From Myxococcota bacterium (lineage in GTDB: Bacteria > Myxococcota > JACRCW01), in contig JBFMGU010000223.1 in assembly GCA_040752415.1 (NCBI GenBank), forward strand, positions 1 through 17,268: DNA of 17,268 bases, written 5' to 3'. The notes beneath the pieces are model-generated. The model did not search any database. It was not told where the DNA came from and worked only from the letters and a program-made list of their open reading frames with translations. Positions 6,594 through 15,030 of this stretch are shown one piece after another. Position 1 is the first letter of the stretch. Each line of letters begins with the position of its first letter. Made by a program: the position numbers and the translations under genes.

Positions 6594-8891
6594 TCAGCGA
6601 CCCAGCGCGTCCAGCACCGGCTGCGGAATCTGCCGCTTCCACTCCCGCACGTGCGTCATGTTGCCGGAGTAGTCGTGGTGCTCCTCGTCCAGCAGGCTGC
6701 GGATGGGGGCGAACGGAATCTCCGCCGGCAGGCCCAACGCCTTCAGCAGGTTGGTCCAGATCGTCTCGTCGCGGCCCCAGCGCGCCTCGTCGTACATGAT
6801 GGAGAACGCGGCGAAGGTCAGGCCCATCAGCTTGCGGTCCACCGTCGAGAGCCCCTGGTCCTGCCCAATCTGCTGGATGAACTCGTAGTGCGCCACCGCA
6901 CGCAGCGCCTCCACCGACATGTGCGCGTAGTGCGAGTTCACCGACATGTGCAGCACCGTCTGGCCATCCACCTGCGTACGCTCGAACTTCACGATGGCCT
7001 TCTCACCCGCCTTGGGCTCGAAGTAGCCCGCGCCGATGACGTTCTGCTTCTTGTAGTCATGCGTGACGCCGTTGTAGCCGGTGGCGGTGTTGAGCGCCTG
7101 CGCCGCCAGGTGCGGAACCGTGCCCTCCAGCGTCTCCGCCGGGTGTGACGGCGGCAGCGGCTGGAACTCGCGCGCGGTGTCGGTGGCCACCTTGAACGTG
7201 TCAAAGTTGGCGAACTTGTCCAGGTAGTCCGCCTGTCCGTCGTGGTCGGTGTCCAGCACCTTGCGACGGATCTCCGTGTGCGCCGGCGAGATGTAGTTGG
7301 TGCCGCCGGGCATGACGTGGCTCCACGGGAACAGGACGGCGTTGTCGCGGATGTTCTCGTTGATCTGCTCCCAGTCCTGCTTCTTCACCGCGCCGTTGAT
7401 GAGCTCCATCAGCGTGTTGAAGTTCTCCGAGCGGCTCATCACCTTCCCGCCGTTGCGCTCCTCCGTGTTGAAGTAGCTGGAGGTGAAGGTGGTGATGACC
7501 TGCGCGTCGGGGAAGCGCTCCCGCATGTTGTGCAGGTTGTCCTTGCCCGCGCACATGCCGGTGAAGATGAGCTTCTTGCCCACCTCGTTGGGCGCGCCGC
7601 GCAGCGAGCCGGGCACGGTGCGGCCGATGTCGGAGTGACCGTCGTAGCCGACGATGTGCACGTCCTCGCGGTTCATGTCCTTGAAGATGTTGTTCTGGTT
7701 CACGCCCACCTTGATGCGGACCTCCACCTCCTCGCCGTTGGGACGACGGTAGGTCTTCACCATGGTGGCGGGACCGCGGGAGGGCACCGCGCCGTCGGCG
7801 GTGTAGCCCTGCTTCTTCAACAGCTCGATGGTGCCGGGAAAGAATTCCTCGTCGGGGCCGGTGGTCCAGGACACGTTCAGTGTCTTGTTGCCGTTCTTGA
7901 ACCAGTCGTCATACGGCGGGCTCTTGGGCGCCATCCCGTCGACGAGCGGTTGCGCCACCGCCTTGAGGGCCGTGGGCAGCGAGCCGCTGACGCGCGAGAG
8001 GTTCCACACCATGGAGTCGCGCAGGATGGGGTTGGTCTCCGCCTTGAGGACGTCCACGTACTGGTTCAGCGCCTGCTCCTTGAGCTTCAGCTCGTCGCCG
8101 GTGGTGCCGCTGGCCTCCACCAGTGACATCAGCACCGTGGCCGCGCTGGAGCGGAGCTGCAGGGCCTGCTTGTCGGTGATCTCGGCGGGGACGGTGCCGC
8201 CGGCGGGCACGCGGGAAAGCGCGGTGGCCAGGTTGGCCATCACCTTCTGCCGGTCGGCGAGCGGGACGTTGGTCGCGGTGAGCGGGTTGTCCTTCATGTC
8301 GTCGACGAGGTCGGCCATGCGGAACAAGCCGCTGCCCAGCTCGGAGAGGTTGCGCGGGCGGTCCAGCGCCTGGTCCTCGACGAAGAAACCGCTGGCGGAG
8401 AGGAACACCGGGCGGTGCGTGCCGGAGGGGTCCAGCGGCTTGGCCTGCCCGCCGCCGCCCACCTCACGACCCAGCAGCGCGTCCACCTTGGTCTTGGCCT
8501 CCGGGCTCATGCGGTTGGCCACCATCAGCGCGCCCAGGGAGTACTTCTCGTTGCGGCTGATCTTCCCGTCGGCGTTGACCAGCTCGGCCAGCTTGTCGGC
8601 GTCGGCGGCGCTGATCACGCCGTCATCCTTCTCCAGGGTGTGGGCCAGGTTGCGCAGCCGGGCGGTGGAGATGGAGAGGAACGCCTGCAGGCGCTTCTCC
8701 GTCTCCGGCGAGTCCAAGTGGTCCTTGTACTCGGCGAGGATCTCCTTCAGCTCCGTCTTGGCGACGGTGGAGAGCGTGCCGTCCGACATCGCGGTGTCGA
8801 TGAGCTGGCCCACGTCCTGGGCGGAGAGCTGACCGTCGGTGGCGAGGCGCTGGGCGAGGGCGCGGAGCTGACCCGGTTCAATTCGCGGCAT
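6594..8891 (-). CDS. Large hypothetical protein, 765 aa: N-terminal tandem EF-hand-like helical repeats, putative clan CD (caspase/gingipain-fold) cysteine-protease domain, DxDxDG Ca-binding motif
   Basis: Long ORF with very strong GC3 bias; RBS GGAGG-TCACC-ATG at 8891 (preferred to 8933). Motifs VHIVGYDGHS and LIFTGMCAG; DTDHDGQADYLD. The CDS is solid; the functional call is inference. Confidence 0.85.
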   Translation of the reverse strand: MPRIEPGQLRALAQRLATDGQLSAQDVGQLIDTAMSDGTLSTVAKTELKEILAEYKDHLDSPETEKRLQAFLSISTARLRNLAHTLEKDDGVISAADADKLAELVNADGKISRNEKYSLGALMVANRMSPEAKTKVDALLGREVGGGGQAKPLDPSGTHRPVFLSASGFFVEDQALDRPRNLSELGSGLFRMADLVDDMKDNPLTATNVPLADRQKVMANLATALSRVPAGGTVPAEITDKQALQLRSSAATVLMSLVEASGTTGDELKLKEQALNQYVDVLKAETNPILRDSMVWNLSRVSGSLPTALKAVAQPLVDGMAPKSPPYDDWFKNGNKTLNVSWTTGPDEEFFPGTIELLKKQGYTADGAVPSRGPATMVKTYRRPNGEEVEVRIKVGVNQNNIFKDMNREDVHIVGYDGHSDIGRTVPGSLRGAPNEVGKKLIFTGMCAGKDNLHNMRERFPDAQVITTFTSSYFNTEERNGGKVMSRSENFNTLMELINGAVKKQDWEQINENIRDNAVLFPWSHVMPGGTNYISPAHTEIRRKVLDTDHDGQADYLDKFANFDTFKVATDTAREFQPLPPSHPAETLEGTVPHLAAQALNTATGYNGVTHDYKKQNVIGAGYFEPKAGEKAIVKFERTQVDGQTVLHMSVNSHYAHMSVEALRAVAHYEFIQQIGQDQGLSTVDRKLMGLTFAAFSIMYDEARWGRDETIWTNLLKALGLPAEIPFAPIRSLLDEEHHDYSGNMTHVREWKRQIPQPVLDALGR

Positions 8892-8956
8892 GGTGACCTC
8901 CCGAGAAGGCAGAAAGCCTTGGACGGCCGGCAACGGTGCTTGAAGACACGGGATTC

Positions 8957-8972
8957 TGCAACCGGCCCGCCG
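8957..8972 (-). promoter_or_regulatory. Possible sigma-54 (-24/-12) promoter for the 765-aa gene
   Basis: Minus strand CGGCGGGCCGGTTGCA has GG-N10-GC spacing and a consensus TTGCA, 65 nt upstream of the ATG. The -24 half is imperfect. Confidence 0.35.
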
Positions 8973-9040
8973 CCCCGGGATTTCCTCCGGCGGACGACGG
9001 CCGGGGCCGCGACACCCACCCCGGAGTTTGGTGGTGATTG

Positions 9041-9072
9041 CGATTTACACCAAATGTGTTTGGCGGTAATCG
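9041..9072. promoter_or_regulatory. Imperfect inverted repeat; candidate TetR operator overlapping the tetR promoter
   Basis: CGATTTACACCAAA-TGTG-TTTGGCGGTAATCG, arms match at 11/14. AT-rich patch ending 8 nt before the tetR ATG; contains a -35-like TTTACA. Confidence 0.55.
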
Positions 9073-9080
9073 TCATTCAC

Positions 9081-9683
9081 ATGAAATCGCCGCGCTCGTA
9101 CACCATGAAGGCTCGCGCCCAGGCGGTGGAGCAGACGCGGCGTCAGATCCTCGACGCCACCGTGGCGCTGCACCTGGAGCGGTTGGTCTCCGAGGTTGGG
9201 CTCGATCACATTGCGGAGCGTGCGGGGGTCAGCGTCCAGACGGTCCTGCGCCACTTCGGGAGCCGGGCGGAGCTGATTGAGGCCACCTTCGCCCATGCCG
9301 CCCCGGTGGTGCAGGAGGAACGACGCGCTCCCGCCGGCGACGTCGACGCTGCCGTGCGGTCGATCATGGCCCATTACGAGGCGCGTGGGGACGGTGTCCT
9401 GATCCTCCTGGCCCAGGAACGGACCGAGGAGCTGGCCCGCCGGATCACCCAGGTGGGTCGCAAGACGCACCGCACCTGGGTGAAGGAGGTGTTCACGCCG
9501 CTGCTCAGGGGTCGCGCTGACGCGGAGCAGCTCCTCGACCTGCTCGTCGTTGCCACCGACGTCTACACGTGGAAGCTGCTCCGTCGCGACCGCGGCCTCT
9601 CCCGTCAAAACACCGAGGAACGCATCAAGCACCTGGTGAGCGCGCTGCTCGCCGACACCAACTCCAGGGGGAAACATGTCTGA
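9081..9683 (+). CDS. TetR/AcrR-family transcriptional regulator, 200 aa
   Basis: TRRQILDAT...GLDHIAERAGVSVQTVLRHFGSRAEL helix-turn-helix; C-terminal ATDVYTWKLLRRDRGLS. Start at ATG 9081 (or 9105); the 8415 start is antisense read-through. Confidence 0.92.
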   Translation: MKSPRSYTMKARAQAVEQTRRQILDATVALHLERLVSEVGLDHIAERAGVSVQTVLRHFGSRAELIEATFAHAAPVVQEERRAPAGDVDAAVRSIMAHYEARGDGVLILLAQERTEELARRITQVGRKTHRTWVKEVFTPLLRGRADAEQLLDLLVVATDVYTWKLLRRDRGLSRQNTEERIKHLVSALLADTNSRGKHV

Positions 9684-10839
9684 GATCCTCTTCGTCACCT
9701 GGGACGGCGGCGGCAATGTTCCGCCCGCCGTGGCGATTGCGCGGGAGCTCCGGACCCGTGGCCACACCGTCCGCTTTCTCGGTCATGCCCGACAGGAAGC
9801 AGCCCTCACCTCCGCGGGATTCGAGTTCGTGCCCGGCCGGCACGCGCGCAAGTTCTCCGCGCTCGACGCCAACTCGCCGCTGACGATGTTGGCGACCTTT
9901 GGCGATGCCGGGATGGGACGCGACCTGCTGGACGCCGTTGCCGCCCGGCCCGTCGACCTGGTGGTGATTGATTGCCTCATGTTCGGCGCGCTGCATGCCG
10001 CGCAGCAGGCGGGTCTGCGCTACGCCGTCCTCGAGCATCTCTACGACGCGTACTTCAACAGGGGCTGCTTGTCGGGGCCGTTGGGGCTGAGCTTGTGGCT
10101 GCGCGGGCTACAACCGCGGAAGGCGCTGGAGCAGGCTGCGCTGCGGGTTCTCACGTCGCTGCCGGAGCTGGACCCGGTTGCTGCTCCCCCGCCGAACCTA
10201 CGGCAGGTGGGTCCCGTCGTCGAGTTTTCCCCGCGCGTCACGGCGGAGCGGCCCACCGTCCTGGTCAGCTTGAGCACGTTTGGCTTTCCCCGCATGGCGC
10301 GGTCCCTCCAAGCCATCGTCGACGCAACCTCCGGCCTGGACGCACGCGTGATTGTCACCACCGGACCCGCCGTGGACCCGACGACGATCCGGGCGCACGC
10401 CGGCGTCGAGGTGCACCGCTACGTTCCGCACGTGAAGCTGATGCCAGGGGTGAGCCTCCTCGTGGGGCACGGCGGCCACGGCACCACCATGCAGGCGCTT
10501 GCCCACGACCTGCCGGTGCTGGTCATGCCGATGGAGAAGCTCTCCGATCAGCCATGGGTGGGCCGAAGCCTGGTTGCCGCGGGTGCGGGGCGGATGATTG
10601 GGAAGACGGGTTCCGCCCTGGAGATTGCGCCACTCGTCGCGGAGTTGCTGTCTGACGGACCACATCGCGCGGCCGCCGCTCGGCTGGGCGCCGCGGTGCG
10701 GGCAAAACCCGGCGCGGTCCTCGGCGCGGACGCATTGGAGGAGGTGCTCCGCAACGGAGGATCAACCCGCTCCACGACGAGCTCCGCGGACGGAACCTCC
10801 CGCGCATCCGCCGGACCCGCCGCGGCGTCCATCCGCTAG
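9676..10839 (+). CDS. GT-B fold family 1 glycosyltransferase (UDP/TDP-sugar, macrolide/EryCIII-like), 387 aa
   Basis: N-terminal ILFVTWDGGGNVPP...ELRTRGHTV; VLVSLST; donor-binding YVPHVKLMP...VGHGGHGTTMQALAHDLPVLVMP...DQ. 8-nt overlap with tetR. Confidence 0.9.
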   Translation: MSEILFVTWDGGGNVPPAVAIARELRTRGHTVRFLGHARQEAALTSAGFEFVPGRHARKFSALDANSPLTMLATFGDAGMGRDLLDAVAARPVDLVVIDCLMFGALHAAQQAGLRYAVLEHLYDAYFNRGCLSGPLGLSLWLRGLQPRKALEQAALRVLTSLPELDPVAAPPPNLRQVGPVVEFSPRVTAERPTVLVSLSTFGFPRMARSLQAIVDATSGLDARVIVTTGPAVDPTTIRAHAGVEVHRYVPHVKLMPGVSLLVGHGGHGTTMQALAHDLPVLVMPMEKLSDQPWVGRSLVAAGAGRMIGKTGSALEIAPLVAELLSDGPHRAAAARLGAAVRAKPGAVLGADALEEVLRNGGSTRSTTSSADGTSRASAGPAAASIR

Positions 10840-10910
10840 GTGCCAGCCGCGTTCGCAGGGCTGCGCGGACGGAACCGGGCCCCGAAGGTATTGTCGAACA
10901 TCACGCCCCG

Positions 10911-11882
10911 ATGCTCATCCGGCTTCTCCCCCTGGTTCTGCTGGGCGCCTGCTCGACGACGGTGACGCCAGTGGCGGACGAGTGCCTGCCGCTTGCCGGG
11001 AGGGTATCCGCGCAGCGTCTCGAGGTGGACGTGCGACAGCTCACCCGCGAGGGTCCCCGTCGTTCCCCCGCACGACGTCAGGCCACGGCAGCATGGCTCA
11101 CCGCGCAGCTGACGGACGCAGGGTGGAGCGTGCAGCGACGTCCGTACGTCGTGGCGGGAGTGGCCGGTGAGAACGTGGTGGGGCGTGGGACGAACGCCCG
11201 CGTCCTCGTGGGGGCGCACCTGGATTCCGCGCCACAGTCCCCCGGCGCCGACGACAACGCTTCCGGCGTGGCCGCCGTCCTCGAGCTGACGCGCGTGTTG
11301 GGTCCCGGCGTCGCCGTCGACGTGGCCTTCTTCGATACCGAGGAGCCGCACTCCGGGACCGTGGGACGCGACGGGCGCAACTTCGCCTACGGGAGTCAGG
11401 CGCTGGTGGACCAGGGAGTGGCCTACGACGTGGTCTTCGTCGTGGAATCGGTGGGCTACACGTGTCGGGACGTCGGTTGTCAGCGCCTTCCGTCGGGGAT
11501 TCCGCGCACCGCCGCCACGGAGAAGGGTGACTTCATTGCGCTGGTGGGGAATCACGGGGGCGCACGTCGCTGGGCCACGGCCGCGGATGGGTTCCGGAAG
11601 GCATTGGGCTCACGCTACGGCGTGGTTCCCGTGACGGTGCCCGGTACCGGCCGGTCCATCCAGCAGTCCCGCTTCTCCGACCACGCGCCGTTCTGGGACG
11701 TCGGCGTCGACGCGCTCATGATCACCGACACCGCGCTGCTCAGGAACCCGCATTACCACAAGGCCAGCGACACGCCGGATACCCTGGACCTCGCGTTCCT
11801 CGTCGACGTCACCCGCGCCACGGTGATCGTGGTGGCGGATGCGGCACGTGCTTGCGGATCCGGTTCCACGCCCACGCCGTGA
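10911..11882 (+). CDS. M28-family zinc metallopeptidase, predicted lipoprotein, 323 aa
   Basis: GAHLDS, GADDNASGVA, FDTEEP, VES, SDHAPFW and PHYHKASDT zinc-ligand motifs. Signal peptide with lipobox LGA-C14. Confidence 0.9.
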   Translation: MLIRLLPLVLLGACSTTVTPVADECLPLAGRVSAQRLEVDVRQLTREGPRRSPARRQATAAWLTAQLTDAGWSVQRRPYVVAGVAGENVVGRGTNARVLVGAHLDSAPQSPGADDNASGVAAVLELTRVLGPGVAVDVAFFDTEEPHSGTVGRDGRNFAYGSQALVDQGVAYDVVFVVESVGYTCRDVGCQRLPSGIPRTAATEKGDFIALVGNHGGARRWATAADGFRKALGSRYGVVPVTVPGTGRSIQQSRFSDHAPFWDVGVDALMITDTALLRNPHYHKASDTPDTLDLAFLVDVTRATVIVVADAARACGSGSTPTP

Positions 11883-11921
11883 TGGGAATGCGCATCTCCC
11901 GCACGGTGGTTGCCGCCACCG

Positions 11922-12659
11922 ATGCCAAGCCCTTCCCCGCGCGCTCCGTCGTGGCGCACCCTTCTCGTCGGGTGGCTGGGATGCGCGCTGGTCCTCGGCG
12001 TTGCGCTCAGCGTGCCGGTGGTCAACAACGTGGTCCGCTTCAGCGTGGTGGGCGCAACGGCGGCGTTGTGGTTGATGGCCCTCCGCTACGCATGGCGTGG
12101 GAGGGTGCTCCGTGTCGTCGTGGTTCTTCCGCTCCTGGGTGTCGCTGGCGTGGCGGTTGCTCCGGGCGGGGAGCGGAACGTGGAGGAGCTGCGCGCGCAC
12201 TACCTCACCGCGCTGCCGACGTATGACGGCGTGCCCTACGTGTGGGGCGGGGAGAGCCCCGACGGCATTGACTGCTCCGGCCTGGTGCGACGCGCACTCC
12301 GCGATGCGCTGATCGAGCACGCGCTCCGTCACCGGGATGCTCAAAGCGCGCGGGATGCCTTCCTGCTGTGGTGGGTCGACGACGCGGCGGTGGACCTGCG
12401 CGATCACCGCAACCGTCGCACCGTCCTCGTCCGGGAGGCGCGCAGTCTCAGGACCTTGGACCCCCACGAGGTGCAGCCGGGAGACCTGGCGGTGACGGCG
12501 TCGGGCATCCACGTGCTGGCCTACCTGGGGGAGGGGCAATGGATCGAGGCAAGCCCGCAGCGCATGAAGGTGGGCACCTTCCACGCGCACGACGACAACC
12601 CGTGGTCCACCGTGCGGATCCACCTCGTGCGGTGGCGCTACCTGGCGACGACGATGTGA
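11922..12659 (+). CDS. Membrane-anchored NlpC/P60-family cysteine peptidase, about 245 aa
   Basis: YDGVPYVWGG...GIDCSGLV catalytic Cys; QPGDL; GIHVLAYLGEGQWIEA catalytic His. Three N-terminal hydrophobic segments. Start uncertain (TTG 11910 or ATG 11922). Confidence 0.85.
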   Translation: MPSPSPRAPSWRTLLVGWLGCALVLGVALSVPVVNNVVRFSVVGATAALWLMALRYAWRGRVLRVVVVLPLLGVAGVAVAPGGERNVEELRAHYLTALPTYDGVPYVWGGESPDGIDCSGLVRRALRDALIEHALRHRDAQSARDAFLLWWVDDAAVDLRDHRNRRTVLVREARSLRTLDPHEVQPGDLAVTASGIHVLAYLGEGQWIEASPQRMKVGTFHAHDDNPWSTVRIHLVRWRYLATTM

Positions 12660-12785
12660 CTTCTCGCCGCGAAGGGTAGAACGGACACGAAGACGCGCCG
12701 CAGATTCTGCACCGGCCCGACAGACTTGCCGCACGCACCGGGTCTAGAATGCGGCCACGGGTTGCGACGGCGGGGGCATGGCGCA

Positions 12786-12801
12786 CGGCATGCGGGCTGC
12801 A
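12786..12801 (+). promoter_or_regulatory. Candidate sigma-54 promoter of the CoA-transferase operon
   Basis: CGGCATGCGGGCTGCA matches the YTGGCACG-N4-TTGCW geometry (GG-N10-GC), about 90 nt before the ATG. Confidence 0.5.
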
Positions 12802-12888
12802 AAGTTGTGGGATGCCACCGGACACCCCGGTGGACGCAGGCGGACTCCTTGAAAGAATCTCGCCGCCTCGAACATGCATGGAGAGGAC

Positions 12889-14193
12889 ATGAAGCAGGAT
12901 CCCAACTGGTCTCAACGCGCCGTCAGCGCCAGCGACGCCGTGCGTCTGCTGCAGAGCGGCATGAAGGTCTTTGTCCACGGTGCCGCCGCCACGCCCACCA
13001 CGTTGCTGGAGGCCATGGTCAAGCGCAAGGACCTCGAGAACGTGACGCTGTACCACCTGCATACCGCCGGGCCGTGCGCCTACGCGGACGTGAGCCAGTC
13101 GGGCCGCTTCTTCTCGGTCTCGCTGTTCGCGGGGCCGCCGGTGCGCAAGGCCATTGAGGAGGGTCGGGCGGACTTCATGCCCATCTTCCTCTCCGACATC
13201 CCCGAGCTCTTCCTCACCCGCGTGGTGCCGCTGGATGTTGCGCTCCTCCAGGTCTCTCCCCCCGACGAGCACGGCATGTGCACGCTGGGCACCAGCGTCG
13301 ACGCCGCCCGGGCTGCCGCCGACAGCGCGCGCATCCTCATTGCGGAAATCAATGAGCGCATGCCGCGGACACACGGCAACACCGCGGTGCCGCTGAGCCG
13401 GTTCGCCGCCTTCATCCACACCAACCGCCCCCTGCACGAGGCCGAGGTGGCCGAGGAGACGCCGGTGGAGGCGCGCATCGGTGAGATCGTCTCTGGCCTT
13501 GTCGAGGATGGCTCGACGCTGCAGATGGGCATTGGCGCCATTCCCAACGCGGTGCTGACGCGCCTGAACAACAAACATGACCTGGGCGTCCACACCGAGA
13601 TGTTCAGTGATCACCTCATCCCGCTCATCCAGAACGGCGTGGTCACCAACCGGCTCAAGGCGGTGCACCCGGGACGGACGGTGACTTCGTTTGTCAACGG
13701 TACCCAGCGCCTGTTCGACTTTGTCCACGACAACCTGCTCGTGGAGTTCCACTCCTGTGACCGCACCAACGACACTGCGCTCATCCGCAAGAACCCCAAG
13801 GTGGTGGCCATCAACTCCGCGCTGGAGATTGATCTGACCGGGCAGGTCTGCGCCGACTCGATTGGCCACCGCATCTACTCGGGCATTGGCGGGCAGATGG
13901 ACTTCATCCGCGGCGCGGGCGTGTCCAAGGGCGGGAAGCCCATCATCGCCATTCCCGCCACGGCGGCGAAGGGGCAGCTCAGCCGCATCACCTTGGAGCT
14001 GAAGGCGGGCGCCGGGGTGGTGACCACGCGCGGCCACGTGCACTGGGTGGTGACCGAGTATGGCGCGGTCAACCTGCACGGGCTCACGCTGCGCCAACGC
14101 GGGGAAGCGCTCATCTCCATTGCGCATCCCGACTTCCGCGCCGATCTTCGCAAGCAGCTCTATCAGCTTCGCCACTATCCGCTCCCGGCGTGA
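12889..14193 (+). CDS. Acetyl-CoA hydrolase/transferase family protein (4-hydroxybutyrate CoA-transferase-like), 434 aa
   Basis: QVSPPDEHG, MPRTHG, DGSTLQMGIGAIP, LGVHTEM (catalytic Glu), INSALEIDLTGQV, SGIGGQMDFIRGA, VVTEYG. RBS GAGAGGA before ATG 12889. Confidence 0.93.
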   Translation: MKQDPNWSQRAVSASDAVRLLQSGMKVFVHGAAATPTTLLEAMVKRKDLENVTLYHLHTAGPCAYADVSQSGRFFSVSLFAGPPVRKAIEEGRADFMPIFLSDIPELFLTRVVPLDVALLQVSPPDEHGMCTLGTSVDAARAAADSARILIAEINERMPRTHGNTAVPLSRFAAFIHTNRPLHEAEVAEETPVEARIGEIVSGLVEDGSTLQMGIGAIPNAVLTRLNNKHDLGVHTEMFSDHLIPLIQNGVVTNRLKAVHPGRTVTSFVNGTQRLFDFVHDNLLVEFHSCDRTNDTALIRKNPKVVAINSALEIDLTGQVCADSIGHRIYSGIGGQMDFIRGAGVSKGGKPIIAIPATAAKGQLSRITLELKAGAGVVTTRGHVHWVVTEYGAVNLHGLTLRQRGEALISIAHPDFRADLRKQLYQLRHYPLPA

Positions 14194-14903
14194 GCGCCGG
14201 AGGGGGTTCCCGCGTGACTTCGCGTCTGCTTCGTCTCGGATTCGTCCTGCTCCTGGCCGTCTCCGGCTGCCGCACCACCAACCACCTGCCGGAATACCGG
14301 GAGCGGTTGCGCCGGGTGGCGGTGACCGTGTCCGGCAAGCCCAACGTGCGCGTGGACCTGGGCCAATCCACGCAGAAACACGGGTTCACCGCCGCGGTCA
14401 GCCAGGGCATGGCCGCCGCCGCCAACGCCAAGCTCGCCGTGAAGCTGCAATCCGCGTTCACCGCGGACCAGATGAAGGCCGCCATGCGGGCCGCGGCGGA
14501 GCGCATGCTGGTGGAGCAGGCCGGGCTGGAGCTGGTGGCGCCGGAGGCGGCGGACGCGGTGCTGGACCTCTCCCTGCGCGGCTACGGCGTGCTCGCCGAC
14601 AGCCCGGAGAGCCCGGCGCAGGCCGCGGTGGACCTGGGCGCGGAGATGACCTTCCTGGCCGAGAAGAAGCTCATCTGGGAGCGCCAGCGTGCGTACAGCG
14701 CACCCATCGGCATCAAGGCCTTCGCAATGGGTTACGTCGGGGGTGTGCCCGGCGTGGAGTATGACAAGCTCATCTCCGGCCAGAAGAACATCTCCAACCT
14801 GCTCCTGCTCGACGACGCCAGCCTGCAGTCCACGTTCCTGGCCTACAGCTACGACGCCACGTGGACCCTGTGTGAGAACCTGGTGAAGGGCCTCCGTCCC
14901 TGA
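14190..14903 (+). CDS. Hypothetical lipoprotein, about 230-237 aa
   Basis: Basic then hydrophobic signal RLLRLGFVLLLAVSG-C (lipobox); high GC3; GTGA overlap with the upstream stop. Alternative GTG start at 14214. Confidence 0.75.
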   Translation: MSAGGGSRVTSRLLRLGFVLLLAVSGCRTTNHLPEYRERLRRVAVTVSGKPNVRVDLGQSTQKHGFTAAVSQGMAAAANAKLAVKLQSAFTADQMKAAMRAAAERMLVEQAGLELVAPEAADAVLDLSLRGYGVLADSPESPAQAAVDLGAEMTFLAEKKLIWERQRAYSAPIGIKAFAMGYVGGVPGVEYDKLISGQKNISNLLLLDDASLQSTFLAYSYDATWTLCENLVKGLRP

Positions 14904-15030
14904 TCCTCCTCGGTGTGCCAGGGGTCACAGGGCGCCCCGGTCAAGCGGGAAATCACGCCGCCCACGTTTGACGAAGGTGCGCAGCGCATGCAGCGTTGCT
15001 GCTCACCCTCACGCCCGCAGGAGGCGGCGC

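Noticed and set aside
8415..9080. Apparent 222-aa N-terminal extension of TetR (possible fusion)
   Set aside because: It lies antisense to the 765-aa gene and crosses the AT-rich operator. The HTH domain begins just after ATG 9081.
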